A stretch of 64,000 nucleotides of DNA from Eutreptiella sp. 'Long Island Sound 2002' (taxonomy: Eukaryota > Protista > Euglenida), in contig OZ038378.1 in assembly GCA_964036045.1 (NCBI GenBank), positions 2,108,001 to 2,172,000 on the forward strand. Direction: 5' to 3'. Positions within the stretch are counted from its first letter, which is position 1; the number at the start of each line of letters is the position of its first letter. The notes beneath the pieces are model-generated. The model made no database searches, was not told the origin of the DNA, and was given only the letters and a program-made list of their open reading frames with translations. Both the position numbers and the translations under genes were made by a program. Shown one piece after another: positions 63,102 through 64,000 of this stretch.

Positions 63102-63562
63102 TATGTTGAAACCCAAAGCGACTTGGGGATATTTTTTTTTGAAACCCCGCCTTTGACATTTGCCTCGAACTGATTAGTGCGTGGCGGGGATGGTTTTCAT
63201 GTGTTGCGGGACACTCCCACACCTCAGCGTCCGTCCGTCCGTCCCATGCCGACACCAGCATGCGTCACATTCAGCCCTTCCCATGCCAGTGAAGTTTGGA
63301 GGGTGCTCACCACCACTGATGCAGGAAATGCACCACAGAGCAAAGGGGCAATTTCTATCTGAAAACCCCAACCAGTGTGCACAGCAAGAAGTGGCAACGG
63401 GCGCATTTACTCGGCCTTTATGGCAGCCTCCACTCCCCTTTTTGGGCCTTTCCAGTGCCCCCACATTGGAGCTCTGAAGCGAGGGGGTCCAGAAAAGGGG
63501 CTCCACCCGCTCCCCCTCTCCTCTGCAAACCTTTACCCCCCCACCACCACCCCTTCGCTCAG

Positions 63563-64000
63563 GTGGAAGCCATTCGCGAGGTCTCCAGACTGCGGCGGCA
63601 GGAAATGGAGTGCTGGCACGCCCTCACCACCGGGCTGGGCCACCTGCGCCTGCTGGACCACCGATCGAAGCACCCGCCGCCGGCTGATGTTTCCTTCGCC
63701 TACAGCCCGCGGGTCGCCACCAACGTCCTGCAGCCCAGCCTCTCCTCCCACAAGTACGCCTTGCAGAAGCGCGAGTTCCGCCTCCTGCGGGAGCACCTTC
63801 TGGAGTTCGAGTCGCTGCGGGAGCAGGAGCACGCGGAGTACTGCGTGCTGACGGAGGCGTGGGGCACGATGCAGCTGGAGGCCAGGCTCCGGGCGCAGCT
63901 GCAGGACCACGAGGGCATGGTCTGGCAGATGCTGGTCACCCACTGCACAGCCCTGCGCAAGGCCTTGGCCGCGGCCATCGTCCCGGCCGCCGCCCAAGTG
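63563..64000 (+). CDS. Gene B exon (3'-partial) VEAIREVSRLRRQEMECWHALTTGLGHLRLLDH...
   Basis: CGCTCAG acceptor and 146 open GC-rich codons to the window end. Absent from the ORF track because there is no stop. Confidence 0.85.
   Translation, partial: MEAIREVSRLRRQEMECWHALTTGLGHLRLLDHRSKHPPPADVSFAYSPRVATNVLQPSLSSHKYALQKREFRLLREHLLEFESLREQEHAEYCVLTEAWGTMQLEARLRAQLQDHEGMVWQMLVTHCTALRKALAAAIVPAAAQV

Noticed and set aside
30010-64000. Search for Fanzor/TnpB (RuvC) or other RNA-guided nuclease remnants
   Set aside because: No DPG/DLG, zinc-ribbon or RDxNAAxN motif combination in any frame I could read. A profile search would be needed to exclude highly decayed copies.

Overview
Eukaryotic nuclear DNA with GC-rich exons separated by multi-kb, repeat-packed introns. 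The style suggests a euglenid-like protist, but that is inference only. Two + strand genes can be spliced by hand using phase-consistent GT-AG introns. Gene A (5'-partial, 6 exons between 1 and 17181, about 696 aa in window) ends in what appears to be a microbial-PARG-like macrodomain with its two halves in swapped order. Gene B (6 exons from 28073 to beyond 64000, about 1594 aa in window) encodes an IQ-motif, coiled-coil, low-complexity protein and has a 20.3-kb intron. Between the genes lies a dead APE-type LINE with an upstream ORF, a 2A-like motif, frameshifts, a ~410-bp internal inversion and a 3' truncation. The remaining sequence is TIR elements and repeats. These include five PIF/Harbinger-like derivatives (two with transposase remnants plus a C-terminal Zn-finger), a CCCGGG-TIR family with 8-bp TSDs (one copy carries 2.9 kb of cargo), 171-bp and ~192-bp tandem monomers, a 10-bp minisatellite, fold-back arrays, tRNA-like heads and decayed Cys-rich ORFs. 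No CRISPR array, rRNA or intact tRNA is supported. All calls were made by eye; no database searches were run.
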